DNA from: Actinomycetes bacterium
GTDB lineage: Bacteria > Actinomycetota > Acidimicrobiia > Acidimicrobiales > Acidimicrobiaceae
Assembly: GCA_021785255.1 (NCBI GenBank)
Contig: JAJYGA010000009.1
Location: 11,397-75,396 of the forward strand
DNA: 64,000 nt
Direction: 5' to 3'
Positions 44,254-54,613 of this stretch are shown piece by piece. The notes under the pieces are model-generated. The model searched no databases and was not told the origin of the DNA. It was given only the letters and a program-made list of their open reading frames with translations. Numbering within the stretch: position 1 is the first letter of the stretch; each line of letters starts with the position of its first letter. The position numbers and the translations under genes were made by a program.

Positions 44254-47200
44254 TCAGTTATATTTCACATTGCCAGCTGACGATCTCTTCTTCGTCCCAG
44301 GCAAAGGAGCGAGAAGGTTTTCTAGGTCTTCAGGTGTGAAGCGTGCCCCGCTTTGTTTGGCTTCGTCTAAGATCCCAGAAGCCAGTTCAGCTTTTTGTTG
44401 TTGAAGCTTCACGATCTTTTCTTCTATGGAGCCGGCCACGATGAGTTTGTAAACAAAGACAGGTTTGTCCTGTCCAATTCTATGTGTTCTGTCTGTAGCT
44501 TGGTCTTCTGCTGCTGGGTTCCACCAAGGATCATAGTGGATGACGGTGTCTGCCGCGGTGAGGGTTAAACCAACACCGCCGGCCTTCAGGCTGATGAGAA
44601 ATACGGGTACTTCGAGATTCTGAAACCTACTTACGGGTGTAACGCGATCTTTGGTATCGCCTCGCAACTCTACGTAGTCAATTCCATGTTTCCTGAAAGA
44701 AGTTCCGATTAAGTCAAGCATCTCTGTGAACTGAGAAAATACTAGTATCCTTCTACCTTCTGCAAGAAGTTCCTGTACCATCTCCAAGAGTGCGTCGTGT
44801 TTCGCGGACTGTGCCACGCTCTTAGCGGATTGACTTTTCAAAAGTCTTGGATCACAACAGACCTGACGAAGTTTCAACAACGCATCGAGAACAATGATTT
44901 GGCTTCTTTCGAGTCCTCTTCTGGCGACTTCGTCTCGAATCCGTTTGTCCATCGTTGCTCTTACTGATTCGTAGAGATCTCTCTGAGTCCCATCAATGTC
45001 GATTGGTCGAACGACGATGGTCTTAGGAGGGAGTTCCTGGGCAACATCGGATTTGGCCCTTCGAAGTATGAAAGGACGCAGTCTTTTTGAAAGCGTACTT
45101 AATCGGACTGTATCTCCATGAGTCTCTATGGGAGTAGCCCAAACCTCCTTGAAAAAGCTCTTGTCTCCTAAGAAACCGGGAAGGAGAAAGTCGAATTGAG
45201 CCCAAAGTTCTGAAAGGTGATTTTCAATTGGGGTACCTGTTAGCGCCAGACGGTAGTTGCTAGTTAGCTTGCGTATTGCGTTCGCGGACTTGGATGCCGC
45301 GTTTTTAACGTATTGGGCTTCGTCCAAGATAACGGTGTGAAAAGATATTGATCGTATCTTTTCAATGTCTCGCCATATCAAGGGATAGGTAGTTAGGACG
45401 AGGTCGTACTTCGCAATCTCGGAGAAGAAACTCTGGCGTTCGGAGCCATGTAGCGTTAGCACTGAGAGAGTCGGAGTGAACTTTTTCGCTTCGCTCTGCC
45501 AAGTATGGATGAGGGAAGTTGGAAGTATGACTAAAACGGGTGCCTTCAGCCGTCCGGATTCTTTTTCAATAAGTATGTGGGTCAGTGCTTGAAGTGTCTT
45601 ACCAAGTCCCATGTCGTCGGCCAAGATACCGCCGAGATTGTTCTCTCGGAGAAACTGCAACCATGCCACTCCTTCGGTCTGATAGGTGCGCAGCTGTGCA
45701 TCGAGAGATCTTGGTACCGTGATTTCTTTGATGCCGAAAGATGGCATTTGCGACTGTGTGAGTGCAATGACACTTTCAAGACCTTTCTCGTCGAGATCAA
45801 AGTGAGAAGCTAGTTCTTTTGCTCTCGTCGCGTCGAATCGTGATAGACGTAGTGCAGGACTTCCTTTTCTTGAGAAGAGATCGACAAGAGTACCTACGAT
45901 AGGCTTCAGTCTTGAGGCGGCCACTGCGATTTGGGCACCCTCTTTTGGTCTGAGAACAATGGTCTCGTCATCATTAACTCTGGAAAGTCCATTGGGGTCG
46001 AGCCATCTTCGATCGCGGGAGAATAACTCTAAAAGAAGTTGCTTCAGATCTAGGCGCTTACCTTGCACGTCTATCCCCAGTTCAACGTCAAGCCATCCGT
46101 CCTCGCTGGGTGTTATATCCAGATACCACTGTGACACGGGGGCTTTGTAGTGGCGAAAACTGGGATCAATATTAATCTTCCATCCTGCAGCACTTAGTTT
46201 GGGTAACTCATCTTGTACAAAGGGTTCCCAGTCTTGTTCGTCTTGCAATCCCATAATGACTTGATCCTTGCCGAAACCCTCGAACTCAAAAAGAGCCAAG
46301 TCGAAGTATCCTAAGCTGCTGAGATCTATTGCGTTGGTAAGCGCAAGTTCTTTGTCCAGATCACGTTTTACCCGAAAGGGGTTTTTGTCTGCGTCGTGCG
46401 CAATCTCGTACTTGTCGTCGATCTCAAAAGCTATCTCGTCATATCTGAATTCGAAGTGAACATAGTCAATGGTTCGTGTATAAATGTCGCCTTGCCACGA
46501 ATATCCGTATTTTATGTGTGCAGGCCCAGTTGAAAAGGTAGCTATGGGTTCTAGGTTTGCTTTAATGTTTCGTATCTTCTCGAGAGGATCTTCCAGCGGT
46601 AGAGAAAGCTGGTCTTCGACGGTGGACAACAGTTCTCTTAGCTGTTTTGCCTCCACTGCGTTCAGTGGAGGAGCTTTAATTATCTTGTTGAGTAACTTGG
46701 TGTAGTCGCTGCTTCTTATTGGCCCTACGACATGTGTGTAAGTATCTATGCCAAAGAGGATGTCACCTACGGCAAATGTCTCTAGGGGATGCTCGTCTTG
46801 GTGTAAAGTGGGGATCTGTTCCCCGGTTCTTATGACATCCCACTTGAGAGTAGCTGGAATCTCTGAGACGTAAGTCAAAGGAATACTTACATCTTCGAAG
46901 TAAAGCCTTCTTGTCTCGCTCAGGGTCTTAATGACCTCTTCGCAAAACATAGGACTGAGTGGGAGTAAAAGGCTGGTAGTGTACTTAGAAGGCGTGCCCA
47001 TCAACAAGAGCTTTATGGCTTGTTGATCTTCAGGGCTCACAAAAGCTGGTGGGCTACGTAAAGCGTTTTGAAAGTTGCTCCATTCTTCAAAAGCACCTGT
47101 AAATGAACCATCTTTACGTACTCTGGATTTGAGCGGACGCAGAGAAGGTCCCTTCCAGGGCTCATTTAGGGCAAACTTCCATATGAGAACGTAGGGACTA

Positions 47201-47565
47201 CTCTTCGTCGATCTTTCTTCTTTAGGGTGTAACGTCTGGTTGAGCTCATCTAAAAAACGTTGTGCTTTCGAGCGAACAGAGGTACCTGCATTGGGAACCC
47301 TATGCTTTAATGTGGCAAGCGCCACAGCGGCACTATGTTTGCAATAAAAGCCGACTGGACACGAACAAGTTGAAGATAGAGTCCCGCGTTCAAAGTTGAG
47401 CACTACGGTATAAGGACGTGCTGCTGTACCTTTAACAGTGGCTGTGACTCGTTGAGCATCTATGGAGAGATCCATAATGTAGTCAAGGTAGGGTTGTGCC
47501 TTTTTTATCTCGCGTTCGCCAAAATATTGAAATGCATCTACGAATGTGAAGTCATAGGCGTCCAA
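44254..47565 (-). CDS. SNF2-family helicase/translocase with an N-terminal SWIM zinc finger (HelZ-like)
   Basis: SWIM CSCPVGFYCKHSAAV. SNF2 motifs I LADDMGLGKTLQ, II ILDEAQYVKN and III LTGTPIENH. Helicase-C blocks GGVGLTLTAADTVIHYDPWWNPAAEDQATDRTHRIGQ. Confidence 0.92.
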   Translation of the reverse strand: MDAYDFTFVDAFQYFGEREIKKAQPYLDYIMDLSIDAQRVTATVKGTAARPYTVVLNFERGTLSSTCSCPVGFYCKHSAAVALATLKHRVPNAGTSVRSKAQRFLDELNQTLHPKEERSTKSSPYVLIWKFALNEPWKGPSLRPLKSRVRKDGSFTGAFEEWSNFQNALRSPPAFVSPEDQQAIKLLLMGTPSKYTTSLLLPLSPMFCEEVIKTLSETRRLYFEDVSIPLTYVSEIPATLKWDVIRTGEQIPTLHQDEHPLETFAVGDILFGIDTYTHVVGPIRSSDYTKLLNKIIKAPPLNAVEAKQLRELLSTVEDQLSLPLEDPLEKIRNIKANLEPIATFSTGPAHIKYGYSWQGDIYTRTIDYVHFEFRYDEIAFEIDDKYEIAHDADKNPFRVKRDLDKELALTNAIDLSSLGYFDLALFEFEGFGKDQVIMGLQDEQDWEPFVQDELPKLSAAGWKINIDPSFRHYKAPVSQWYLDITPSEDGWLDVELGIDVQGKRLDLKQLLLELFSRDRRWLDPNGLSRVNDDETIVLRPKEGAQIAVAASRLKPIVGTLVDLFSRKGSPALRLSRFDATRAKELASHFDLDEKGLESVIALTQSQMPSFGIKEITVPRSLDAQLRTYQTEGVAWLQFLRENNLGGILADDMGLGKTLQALTHILIEKESGRLKAPVLVILPTSLIHTWQSEAKKFTPTLSVLTLHGSERQSFFSEIAKYDLVLTTYPLIWRDIEKIRSISFHTVILDEAQYVKNAASKSANAIRKLTSNYRLALTGTPIENHLSELWAQFDFLLPGFLGDKSFFKEVWATPIETHGDTVRLSTLSKRLRPFILRRAKSDVAQELPPKTIVVRPIDIDGTQRDLYESVRATMDKRIRDEVARRGLERSQIIVLDALLKLRQVCCDPRLLKSQSAKSVAQSAKHDALLEMVQELLAEGRRILVFSQFTEMLDLIGTSFRKHGIDYVELRGDTKDRVTPVSRFQNLEVPVFLISLKAGGVGLTLTAADTVIHYDPWWNPAAEDQATDRTHRIGQDKPVFVYKLIVAGSIEEKIVKLQQQKAELASGILDEAKQSGARFTPEDLENLLAPLPGTKKRSSAGNVKYN

Positions 47566-47729
47566 CCGTGGGCTCCTTGATGGGTTTTGATAGTAGAGCT
47601 TAGTACAAAAAGAGAGCTACTGCACCTCGCTTTTAGGGGTTATTCTTGTCGTTAAGGATTACGTTAGGTTACCGGAGTGCTTGCCTGACGTTTCTTTGGA
47701 TAAGGCGTGTTTGTGGTGTTCCGCAGTGC

Positions 47730-48197
47730 TTATTTCGCCATGGCGCTTTGTAGCGCCTGGGTCAAGGTGTTCCATGGAAGCGTAGCACACTTTATTCTAA
47801 CTGGGAACTTTACTACACCCTGTAAGGCGATTAGCTCGCCAACGGTGTGCTCGTTGATTGGTTCGATTGTTTCACCATCGATGTCGTCTTCGTCTTTTAG
47901 GGCCAACATCTTCTTGAAGGTTCTTATCGTTGTCTGAGCGTCTTTAACTGACTTGCCCTTAACAGCGTTGGACATTAAAGACGCGGATGAGCGAGAAATG
48001 GAGCAACCTTGACCGTCTATCTTGATATCTTTGACTATCTCGTCTTCTACAACGAGAAATACCTTGACTTCGTCACCACAAAGGGGGTTGTATCCTTGCT
48101 CCACCACGGCCGGAGGCGTCTCTAACGTCCCTTGGTTTCTGGGATTCTTGTAGTGATCTAGGATGATCTCTCGATAAAGATCTTCTAGGCCGGACAT
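47730..48197 (-). CDS. sufU: SUF-type Fe-S scaffold/sulfur acceptor SufU (NifU/IscU-like)
   Basis: NPLCGDEV, GCSISRSSASLM, CATLPW. Confidence 0.9.
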   Translation of the reverse strand: MSGLEDLYREIILDHYKNPRNQGTLETPPAVVEQGYNPLCGDEVKVFLVVEDEIVKDIKIDGQGCSISRSSASLMSNAVKGKSVKDAQTTIRTFKKMLALKDEDDIDGETIEPINEHTVGELIALQGVVKFPVRIKCATLPWNTLTQALQSAMAK

Positions 48198-48210
48198 CTA
48201 CTCTCCTTTT

Positions 48211-49479
48211 CTACTTGAAAAAGTCTTCGGTACGTTCAAGGGCGGCGACCAGAGCCTCTACATCTTCTTCTGTATTGTAGAGATAGAACGATGCACGCGC
48301 GGTCGCGGGTACGTTGAGTGAGGTCATCAACGGTTTGGCACAGTGATGTCCAGCTCTAACGCATACGCCCTCTTGGTCAAGGATCTGAGAGACGTCATGT
48401 GGATGGACACCTTCAAGTTCGAAGGAGATAACTCCGCTTCGTTTTTTCGGATCCCGCGGACCGAAAACCTTGATTCGAGATCCAAAACGTTCTTCCATGA
48501 GATCCATTGCGTAGGTCAAAAGTGAGAGTTCATGAGCCCTTATAGCGGTCAAAGATACTCCCTCTAGATAAGTCAGTGCTGCATCCAACCCTACCGCTTC
48601 GGCAATCGGAGGAGTACCGGCTTCAAATTTGTGAGGAATGTCGTTTGTTGTAAATCCCTCTGTTGTGACGTTCTGAATCATCTCGCCGCCACCTAGAAAA
48701 GGATACATCTCTTGGAGAATTGATCTTTTGGCCCAAAGAGCTCCGATTCCTGTAGGTCCGAGCATCTTGTGCGCTGTTGTACAGTAAGCATCGACTCCTA
48801 AGTCCTTAACGTTCGTCGTGAAATGTGGAGAGTACTGTGCACCATCTGCGATCACAACAGCTCCTACGCTGTGAGCCATCTGAGTTAGCTCCTTCACGGG
48901 GTTGATCGTACCTAAGACGTTGGACGCCATAGTAACGCCAAGTATCTTTACTCCCTTGAGTTTTTCTTCAATGTCATCAAGTATTAGTTGCCCGTCATCG
49001 TCGAAGTCTAAAAAACGCAGTTCAAACCCGATCTGTTCTTTCAAGATCATCCAGGGAACGATATTTGCATGATGTTCCATTTTGGTTATAAGGACAACGT
49101 CTCTTGGTGAGAGGAACTTTCGCCCATAACCTTGCGCGAACAGATTGAAGGCTTCGGTTGCGTTTTTCGTAAAAACTATCTCAAGTTCGGGGTGTGGAGC
49201 CCCGAGGAACTTGCCAAGATGACATCGAGCGTTTTCGTATAGGTTGGTAGCTTGCTCCGCTATACGATATACGCCCCTATGTACATTAGCGTGAGTCTGC
49301 CTGTAATAGTCGTCCATTGACTTGATGACACTGTAAGGTCGTTGAGAGGAAGCCGCGGAATCAAGGTATACAAATGGATCTTGTTTGACCTCTTTGAATA
49401 TGGGAAAGTCGTTTTTTATCGCCTGAGCGTCGAGCACACCTTGGTCGAGGATGTTATCCACCATTAGTTCGTTCGCCAC
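48211..49479 (-). CDS. sufS: Cysteine desulfurase SufS (class II)
   Basis: PLP-Lys context TAHKMLGPTGIGALW and catalytic Cys RAGHHCAKPL. The alternative ATG at 49464 would give a TAATG overlap with the sufC stop. Confidence 0.93.
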   Translation of the reverse strand: MANELMVDNILDQGVLDAQAIKNDFPIFKEVKQDPFVYLDSAASSQRPYSVIKSMDDYYRQTHANVHRGVYRIAEQATNLYENARCHLGKFLGAPHPELEIVFTKNATEAFNLFAQGYGRKFLSPRDVVLITKMEHHANIVPWMILKEQIGFELRFLDFDDDGQLILDDIEEKLKGVKILGVTMASNVLGTINPVKELTQMAHSVGAVVIADGAQYSPHFTTNVKDLGVDAYCTTAHKMLGPTGIGALWAKRSILQEMYPFLGGGEMIQNVTTEGFTTNDIPHKFEAGTPPIAEAVGLDAALTYLEGVSLTAIRAHELSLLTYAMDLMEERFGSRIKVFGPRDPKKRSGVISFELEGVHPHDVSQILDQEGVCVRAGHHCAKPLMTSLNVPATARASFYLYNTEEDVEALVAALERTEDFFK

Positions 49480-50213
49480 TTTTCGTATCCGCTCCTTTCA
49501 AGAGATAAAGCAAGTTCTGCGTCGCCGGATTCAACGATCTTCCCATCTACTGCCACATGAACGACATCAGGCTCAAGATAGCCCAATATACGTTGGTAGT
49601 GAGTTATCATCAACGTTCCCATCTCCGGCCTCTCTTTTCTAATTTCAGATACACCGTTTGCTACGATCTTTAGAGCGTCGATATCTAACCCCGAGTCAGT
49701 TTCATCCAATAGAGCTAAGTCCGGCTCAAGAAGTGCCATCTGGAGAATCTCGTTACGTTTTTTTTCACCCCCGGAGAATCCGGCGTTTAGATGTCGTTCC
49801 GCAAAAGAAGGATCCATTCCTAGTCGCTCCATCCACTCAAGCAAAGCAAAGCGAACTTCTAGAGCAGAAACATCGATCCCTTTGCGAGCGGACATGGCTT
49901 GGCGTAAGAACTGTACGACCGACACACCTGAGATCTCTTCGGGATATTGGAAGGCTAAGAACATCCCAGCCTTAGCTTTTGCGTCTGGCGTCCAAAACGT
50001 TATGTCTTCTCCTTTAAAGCGGACAGTTCCGTTGGAGATGACATATGATGGGTTTGACATTAGCGCATTAGCAAGAGTCGATTTTCCAGCACCATTGGGG
50101 CCCATTATTACATGAAGTTCTCCGGGAGCGATCTCAAGGTTCAATCCCTTCAGTATCTCCTTGCCTTCAGCCTCGACGTGAAGGTCGGTTACTTCGAGGA
50201 GCGTGTTATTCAT
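49464..50213 (-). CDS. sufC: Fe-S cluster assembly ATPase SufC (canonical copy)
   Basis: GPNGAGKSTL, FLAFQYPEEISGV, FSGGEKKRNEILQ, ALLDETDSGLDIDAL, ITHYQRIL. Confidence 0.93.
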   Translation of the reverse strand: MNNTLLEVTDLHVEAEGKEILKGLNLEIAPGELHVIMGPNGAGKSTLANALMSNPSYVISNGTVRFKGEDITFWTPDAKAKAGMFLAFQYPEEISGVSVVQFLRQAMSARKGIDVSALEVRFALLEWMERLGMDPSFAERHLNAGFSGGEKKRNEILQMALLEPDLALLDETDSGLDIDALKIVANGVSEIRKERPEMGTLMITHYQRILGYLEPDVVHVAVDGKIVESGDAELALSLERSGYEKWRTN

Positions 50214-50287
50214 AGCTTTGATTCTAGCGAGTCGAATTTACACTATGACGATATGATAAATAGATAGGACGAAAGAGTTCAAACACT

Positions 50288-50860
50288 CTATCTCCAAAAG
50301 GTAACGAGATCAATAAGAGAAGGATCTCGAGACTCACTTGTGGAGCGAGGATTGGTTCCAAGATACACCCACGCAACGATGTGATCGGTCGCTTCGAGGC
50401 CTATGGCTGTTTTGACAAAGTCGTCATATGTCGCTTCTCCTGTTCTCCACATTGAGTCATAACCTAGGGATTTGGCTGCTAAGAGTAGGTTTTCAACCGC
50501 GGCGGCAGTCGAGAGAATCTGTTCTACCTCAGGAATCTTTGAGCGGAGGTTAATCTTTGTGGCGACGGCTATCACCATGGGCGCCCTTTCGAACTTGGTG
50601 CTTTCTTTTTTTATTTGCCCTTCGGTCAGTGTCGAACCTTTCGCCCTAGCGCGTCTTTCAAGTGCCTCAAGTAGAACTTTTTGAAACCGCATTTTTTCTT
50701 CGTCTTTAAAGACAATGAAGTGAAATGGGCGAAGAACTCCGTGGTCTGGTGCGTTTGCGGCAGCTTTCAAGATCATCTGAAGCTCTGTTGGAGAAGGAGC
50801 TGGGTCGACGAGTCGTCCGACGGACTGTCGCGACATGATGGTCTTTATGACGTCATTCAT
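50288..50860 (-). CDS. Nitroreductase family protein
   Basis: IMSRQSVGRL..., AAANAPDHGVLRPFHFIVF and the C-terminal WVYLG are typical NfsB/FRase-fold blocks. Confidence 0.8.
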   Translation of the reverse strand: MNDVIKTIMSRQSVGRLVDPAPSPTELQMILKAAANAPDHGVLRPFHFIVFKDEEKMRFQKVLLEALERRARAKGSTLTEGQIKKESTKFERAPMVIAVATKINLRSKIPEVEQILSTAAAVENLLLAAKSLGYDSMWRTGEATYDDFVKTAIGLEATDHIVAWVYLGTNPRSTSESRDPSLIDLVTFWR

Positions 50861-50966
50861 GTCGACAAGACTACCAGGGGAACCTTCTGATTTTGAATGT
50901 AAAACTCTCTATCGGCGGTGATCTCCAAAGGCCTAGCTGAGCAGTATTGTGCGTAGCTGTCGACGA

Positions 50967-51575
50967 CTACCATCCACGTTCTATCCACTCCTCAAGATGA
51001 GGACTCTCAATACCCAAAGATGTAAAGTTGCCGTGTCCAGGTAAGACTATTGTTTCTTTTGGGTATGGCTTGAATAGGCGAGTTTCGATTGATTGGATTA
51101 TTGTTGGAAAGTCACCACCTTCAAAGTTGGTTGCACCTGGCCCTCCAGGGAATAACGTATCGCCGGAGAATATGACAGGATGATCAACAAGTTCAAAGCA
51201 CAAAGAACCTTCTGTGTGCCCAGGCGTGAAAAGTACTTTAAGACTCTGTCGACCGAAGGGGATAACCTGCTCGTCTTCTATGATTTGATCGTAACTCGGA
51301 AGCCGGTGGGCATCCTGGGATGAAACCGCCACGTCGATCCCAGCGTTTCGAACGGCCTCTACCGCTCCTATGTGATCCCAATGTCCGTGGGTCTCTACCA
51401 CGCGTTTGACGCCTAAAGTGGTGGCAAGTTCCAGGAGTTTGTCGTGTTCGTTTGCGGCGTCTATGAGTATGGAGTCTCCAGTTGAGCGACATTGAACTAT
51501 AAACACATTATTGGCAATTGGGCCAACGATGGTTCGAAATATTGCGACATCATCAAAGCGTATTTCCGCGTCCAA
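50967..51575 (-). CDS. MBL-fold metallo-hydrolase (glyoxalase II-like)
   Basis: ETHGHWDHIG (HxHxDH), TPGHTEGS, GDTLFPGG, LPGHG. Confidence 0.85.
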   Translation of the reverse strand: MDAEIRFDDVAIFRTIVGPIANNVFIVQCRSTGDSILIDAANEHDKLLELATTLGVKRVVETHGHWDHIGAVEAVRNAGIDVAVSSQDAHRLPSYDQIIEDEQVIPFGRQSLKVLFTPGHTEGSLCFELVDHPVIFSGDTLFPGGPGATNFEGGDFPTIIQSIETRLFKPYPKETIVLPGHGNFTSLGIESPHLEEWIERGW

Positions 51576-51686
51576 TTTTTCTCCTCAGATAGTTGTAGGA
51601 TGGTGAAAACTCATACGGCTCAAGGATAAGTACAATGAGACTTCTCCAGATGAGTGTAGTCCATTGGTCGGCATTTAGGAGGTTCT

Positions 51687-52802
51687 GTGAATTTCGCCTT
51701 TAGTGAAGAGCAGCAGGAGCTGCGAAAGTCCGTGAGAAGATTTTTGGAGGACAAATCTCCCGTCTCTGAAGTGAGAAGGATCATGGAAAGCGAGACGGGG
51801 GTCGATGAAAAGCTTTGGACTCAAGGCGCCGAACAACTTGGACTTTGCGCAATAGCTATCCCAGAAGCCTATGGTGGCCAAGGATACGGCCAGGTTGAAC
51901 TGGGAATTATCTTGGAAGAACTTGGCAGAGCTTTGACACCAATTCCTTACTTCTCATCTGTTGTTCTCGCAGCAAACGCGTTACTGTTATCGGAAGACGA
52001 GCGTGCTAAATCGGAGTTCTTACCTAAAATTGCGTCGGGCGAACGGCGATTTGCGGTAGCTGCATTAGAAACACCTCATCACTATGACGTGACGAAAGTG
52101 GCTAGCAGCGCCGAGCCCAGTGGTGAGAGTTATCTCCTGAATGGGACGAAGAGGTACGTGGTTGATGGTCCCTCTTCCTCTGATCTTTTGGTGTTTGCGA
52201 GCACGGGAGGCAACGCGTCGATGTTTCATGTAAGCTGCGATGCTCCTGGCGTAAGGATTGATCCAACACCTACTTTGGATCTCACCAGACGACTAGCGAC
52301 GATCAACTTTGAAAACGTCGAAGCGCAACTAGTTGGAGCGATGGGTGGGGGTGTTCAACTCTATGATCGGCTCATGGATATAGCCTGTGCACAGATGGCA
52401 AATGAGATGATGGGCGGAGCACAAAGAGTGCTTGAAATGGCGGTTGATTACGCAAAGACAAGGATTCAATTTGGTAGACCCATAGGGAGTTTCCAAGCGA
52501 TCAAGCATAAGTGTGCTGATATGCTGGTCGAAGTTGAGTCCGGTAAGTCTGCTGCATACTACGCGGCTTGGGCCGCTGACAACGACCCTTTGGAACTCAA
52601 AGTTGCCGCACCTCTGGCTAAAGCTTTTTGTGGCGATGCCTACTTTGTTGCTGCATCGGAGAACATTCAAATCCATGGTGGTATTGGATTTACGTGGGAG
52701 CACGATGCGCACCTTTACTTTAAAAGGGCGAAGGCCTCTCAGCTGATGTTTGGTGACTCATCATACTTCCGATCCCAGTTGGCAACTGAAATAGGAATTT
52801 GA
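51687..52802 (+). CDS. Acyl-CoA dehydrogenase family protein
   Basis: 371 aa with a GTG start. It has the ACAD C-terminal blocks FGRPIGSFQAIKHKCADM and IQIHGGIGFTWEHDAHLYFKRA. Confidence 0.9.
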   Translation: MNFAFSEEQQELRKSVRRFLEDKSPVSEVRRIMESETGVDEKLWTQGAEQLGLCAIAIPEAYGGQGYGQVELGIILEELGRALTPIPYFSSVVLAANALLLSEDERAKSEFLPKIASGERRFAVAALETPHHYDVTKVASSAEPSGESYLLNGTKRYVVDGPSSSDLLVFASTGGNASMFHVSCDAPGVRIDPTPTLDLTRRLATINFENVEAQLVGAMGGGVQLYDRLMDIACAQMANEMMGGAQRVLEMAVDYAKTRIQFGRPIGSFQAIKHKCADMLVEVESGKSAAYYAAWAADNDPLELKVAAPLAKAFCGDAYFVAASENIQIHGGIGFTWEHDAHLYFKRAKASQLMFGDSSYFRSQLATEIGI

Positions 52803-52978
52803 CCAGGGCAAGTTTGGGTAATGCTCAAAGTGCTCGACTCTTAAATGGAGGTTTCGTTGACAACTGAGTCCTGCAAGCTTAAGTTGGGATTATCAAAGTA
52901 TGAGTAGTGTTGTCGCTAGAATAGATGTGTGACAAAAGAGTCGATAGTCGAACAAGCTCATAGTTTTCGGAGCTAATC

Positions 52979-53380
52979 ATGCGTCGATGGATGATTAGAG
53001 CTACCCAAGAGGATGTGATAAAGGCAAGGAGTCTGTTGTTAGACGCTTTGCGTGAAGGAAAGATTAGTCACGCCGAATACCGAGAGCGACTCGGGGCAAT
53101 TGATAAGGCAAAGTACGTTGGAGACGTTTACGATCAAGTCTTTGCTAGTTCTGCTGCGTTGCGCCGTAGAAGTCGGCATAGATTCTTCAGTGTTCGTAAG
53201 TTAAACATTTTATGTCTGATCGTAGCGTTCATGGTCTTTCTTGGATTTGGCGCGGGAGATTCAACGACATGGATAGTAGTGGGAGGGCTAGCTCTGATAA
53301 CGCTTGTGGCTAATGCGATCAAAGTGTTCAGAGCGAGCCGATCGGCAAGAGGGTCGTTGCGCAGATCCGTTGATCTTTGA
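52979..53380 (+). CDS. DUF1707-domain membrane protein
   Basis: The N-terminal RATQEDVIKARSLLLDALREGKISHAEYRERLGAI matches the DUF1707 pattern (RaSDaDRe....L..a..eGRL...Ef.eR). Two TM helices lie at the C-terminus. Confidence 0.7.
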   Translation: MRRWMIRATQEDVIKARSLLLDALREGKISHAEYRERLGAIDKAKYVGDVYDQVFASSAALRRRSRHRFFSVRKLNILCLIVAFMVFLGFGAGDSTTWIVVGGLALITLVANAIKVFRASRSARGSLRRSVDL

Positions 53381-53402
53381 TGTGGTAAAGAAAGGAACGT
53401 CT

Positions 53403-53753
53403 ATGTCTGATGGAAAGTATCATGAACTTTCCGACAACTTGCGTGATTCAGGAAGAGAGTTACGCAAGCTCATCCCTGAAGTGTATCGGGGATTTGCCGG
53501 ACTCCATCGAGCAGCCTATGAAGATGGTGCCCTGTCTGGCAAGTTTAAAGAGCTTTTAGCTCTTGTCATTGCAATCTCGCAAGAGTGCGACGGCTGCATA
53601 GTGAGTCACGTGTCCTCTGCAATAAGGAAAGGTGCTAGCGAACAGGAGGTAGCAGAAGCTATAGGAGTTGCCATTGCAATGATGGGCGGACCTGGAACTG
53701 TGTGGGGACCGCGAGCATTCGAGGTTTACCAAGAGTACGCCAAGGAGCCCTAA
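53403..53753 (+). CDS. Carboxymuconolactone decarboxylase (AhpD-like) family protein
   Basis: The CxxC-type motif ISQECDGCIVSH sits in a helical about 116-aa protein. The ORF opens at 53304 but overlaps the previous gene, so ATG 53403 with an upstream AAGGAA is preferred. Confidence 0.75.
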   Translation: MSDGKYHELSDNLRDSGRELRKLIPEVYRGFAGLHRAAYEDGALSGKFKELLALVIAISQECDGCIVSHVSSAIRKGASEQEVAEAIGVAIAMMGGPGTVWGPRAFEVYQEYAKEP

Positions 53754-54613
53754 TTTCTATTTGAAACTGACAAATAGTAGTTCGCCAAAGGCTTAGTAGG
53801 GTCCAAGCAATGAAGCTGATAAAGAGATCGATACCCAACAGGATCTTCTATCTCTCCTAGTAAGGCTCCCTGCGTTGTGTCCAAGACGTCGATCCCGTAG
53901 ACCCCCTCTCCTAAGTGAGAGACAGCCTTATTGACAACGACTGATACTGCGTTGGGAGGAGTTGCGACAGTGATTTTTGCTCCTTGAGAAAGGTTGGCTC
54001 GAAACTCACCAGTGCGAGGAGTTTTTCTGACCCAGTATGCAACGTTGATACCGATCACGTAGGCTCTCCACTCATAGAGGACATCGTCAATAAATGGTTG
54101 GACCACGAAATCTGCCGCGGAGGCATTTGACAGATAGGCATATGCATCATTTTCGTTCTTTAGCAGACTTACACTAGAACCGCCGTGACCGAAGCGATCT
54201 TTTATGACTACGGGCTGCGTACTGAGAAGCTCAGCTACTATTGAGGCGTCTAAGGGTACTGTCTGTACCGTCGGAATGCCATGGTTGTGGCAGAACTCAA
54301 AGGTTTTGAGTTTGTCAGTCGCTACCTCAAGTAAAGACGATCGATTCACAACTTTGAAACCGATCTCTTCCAGCCCCTTTGATAATGATACGTTTCGAGA
54401 TCGAAAGATCACTATGGCGCTAAGTTCCTTTAGCTCCTTCAACTGGTTTTGTGAAGTTGCCAAGAGTGACTGAGATGTTACGACGAAAGGACTTAGCCCT
54501 GTCTCTGCAACTGACTTTCGAAGCCTAGCTGCAAAGTATGCGTTAATAACGAGATCTCCCCTTGCGTATACGATCAATGCTCGTCTTGGCATCTCCGACG
54601 AGACCTTACTCAT
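53750..54613 (-). CDS. RimK-type ATP-grasp ligase, paralogue 2
   Basis: VVIKDRFGHGGSSVSL, EWRAYVIG, TGEFRANLSQGA, YGIDVL. The start overlaps the stop of the upstream paralogue (ATGA). Confidence 0.75.
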   Translation of the reverse strand: MSKVSSEMPRRALIVYARGDLVINAYFAARLRKSVAETGLSPFVVTSQSLLATSQNQLKELKELSAIVIFRSRNVSLSKGLEEIGFKVVNRSSLLEVATDKLKTFEFCHNHGIPTVQTVPLDASIVAELLSTQPVVIKDRFGHGGSSVSLLKNENDAYAYLSNASAADFVVQPFIDDVLYEWRAYVIGINVAYWVRKTPRTGEFRANLSQGAKITVATPPNAVSVVVNKAVSHLGEGVYGIDVLDTTQGALLGEIEDPVGYRSLYQLHCLDPTKPLANYYLSVSNRN

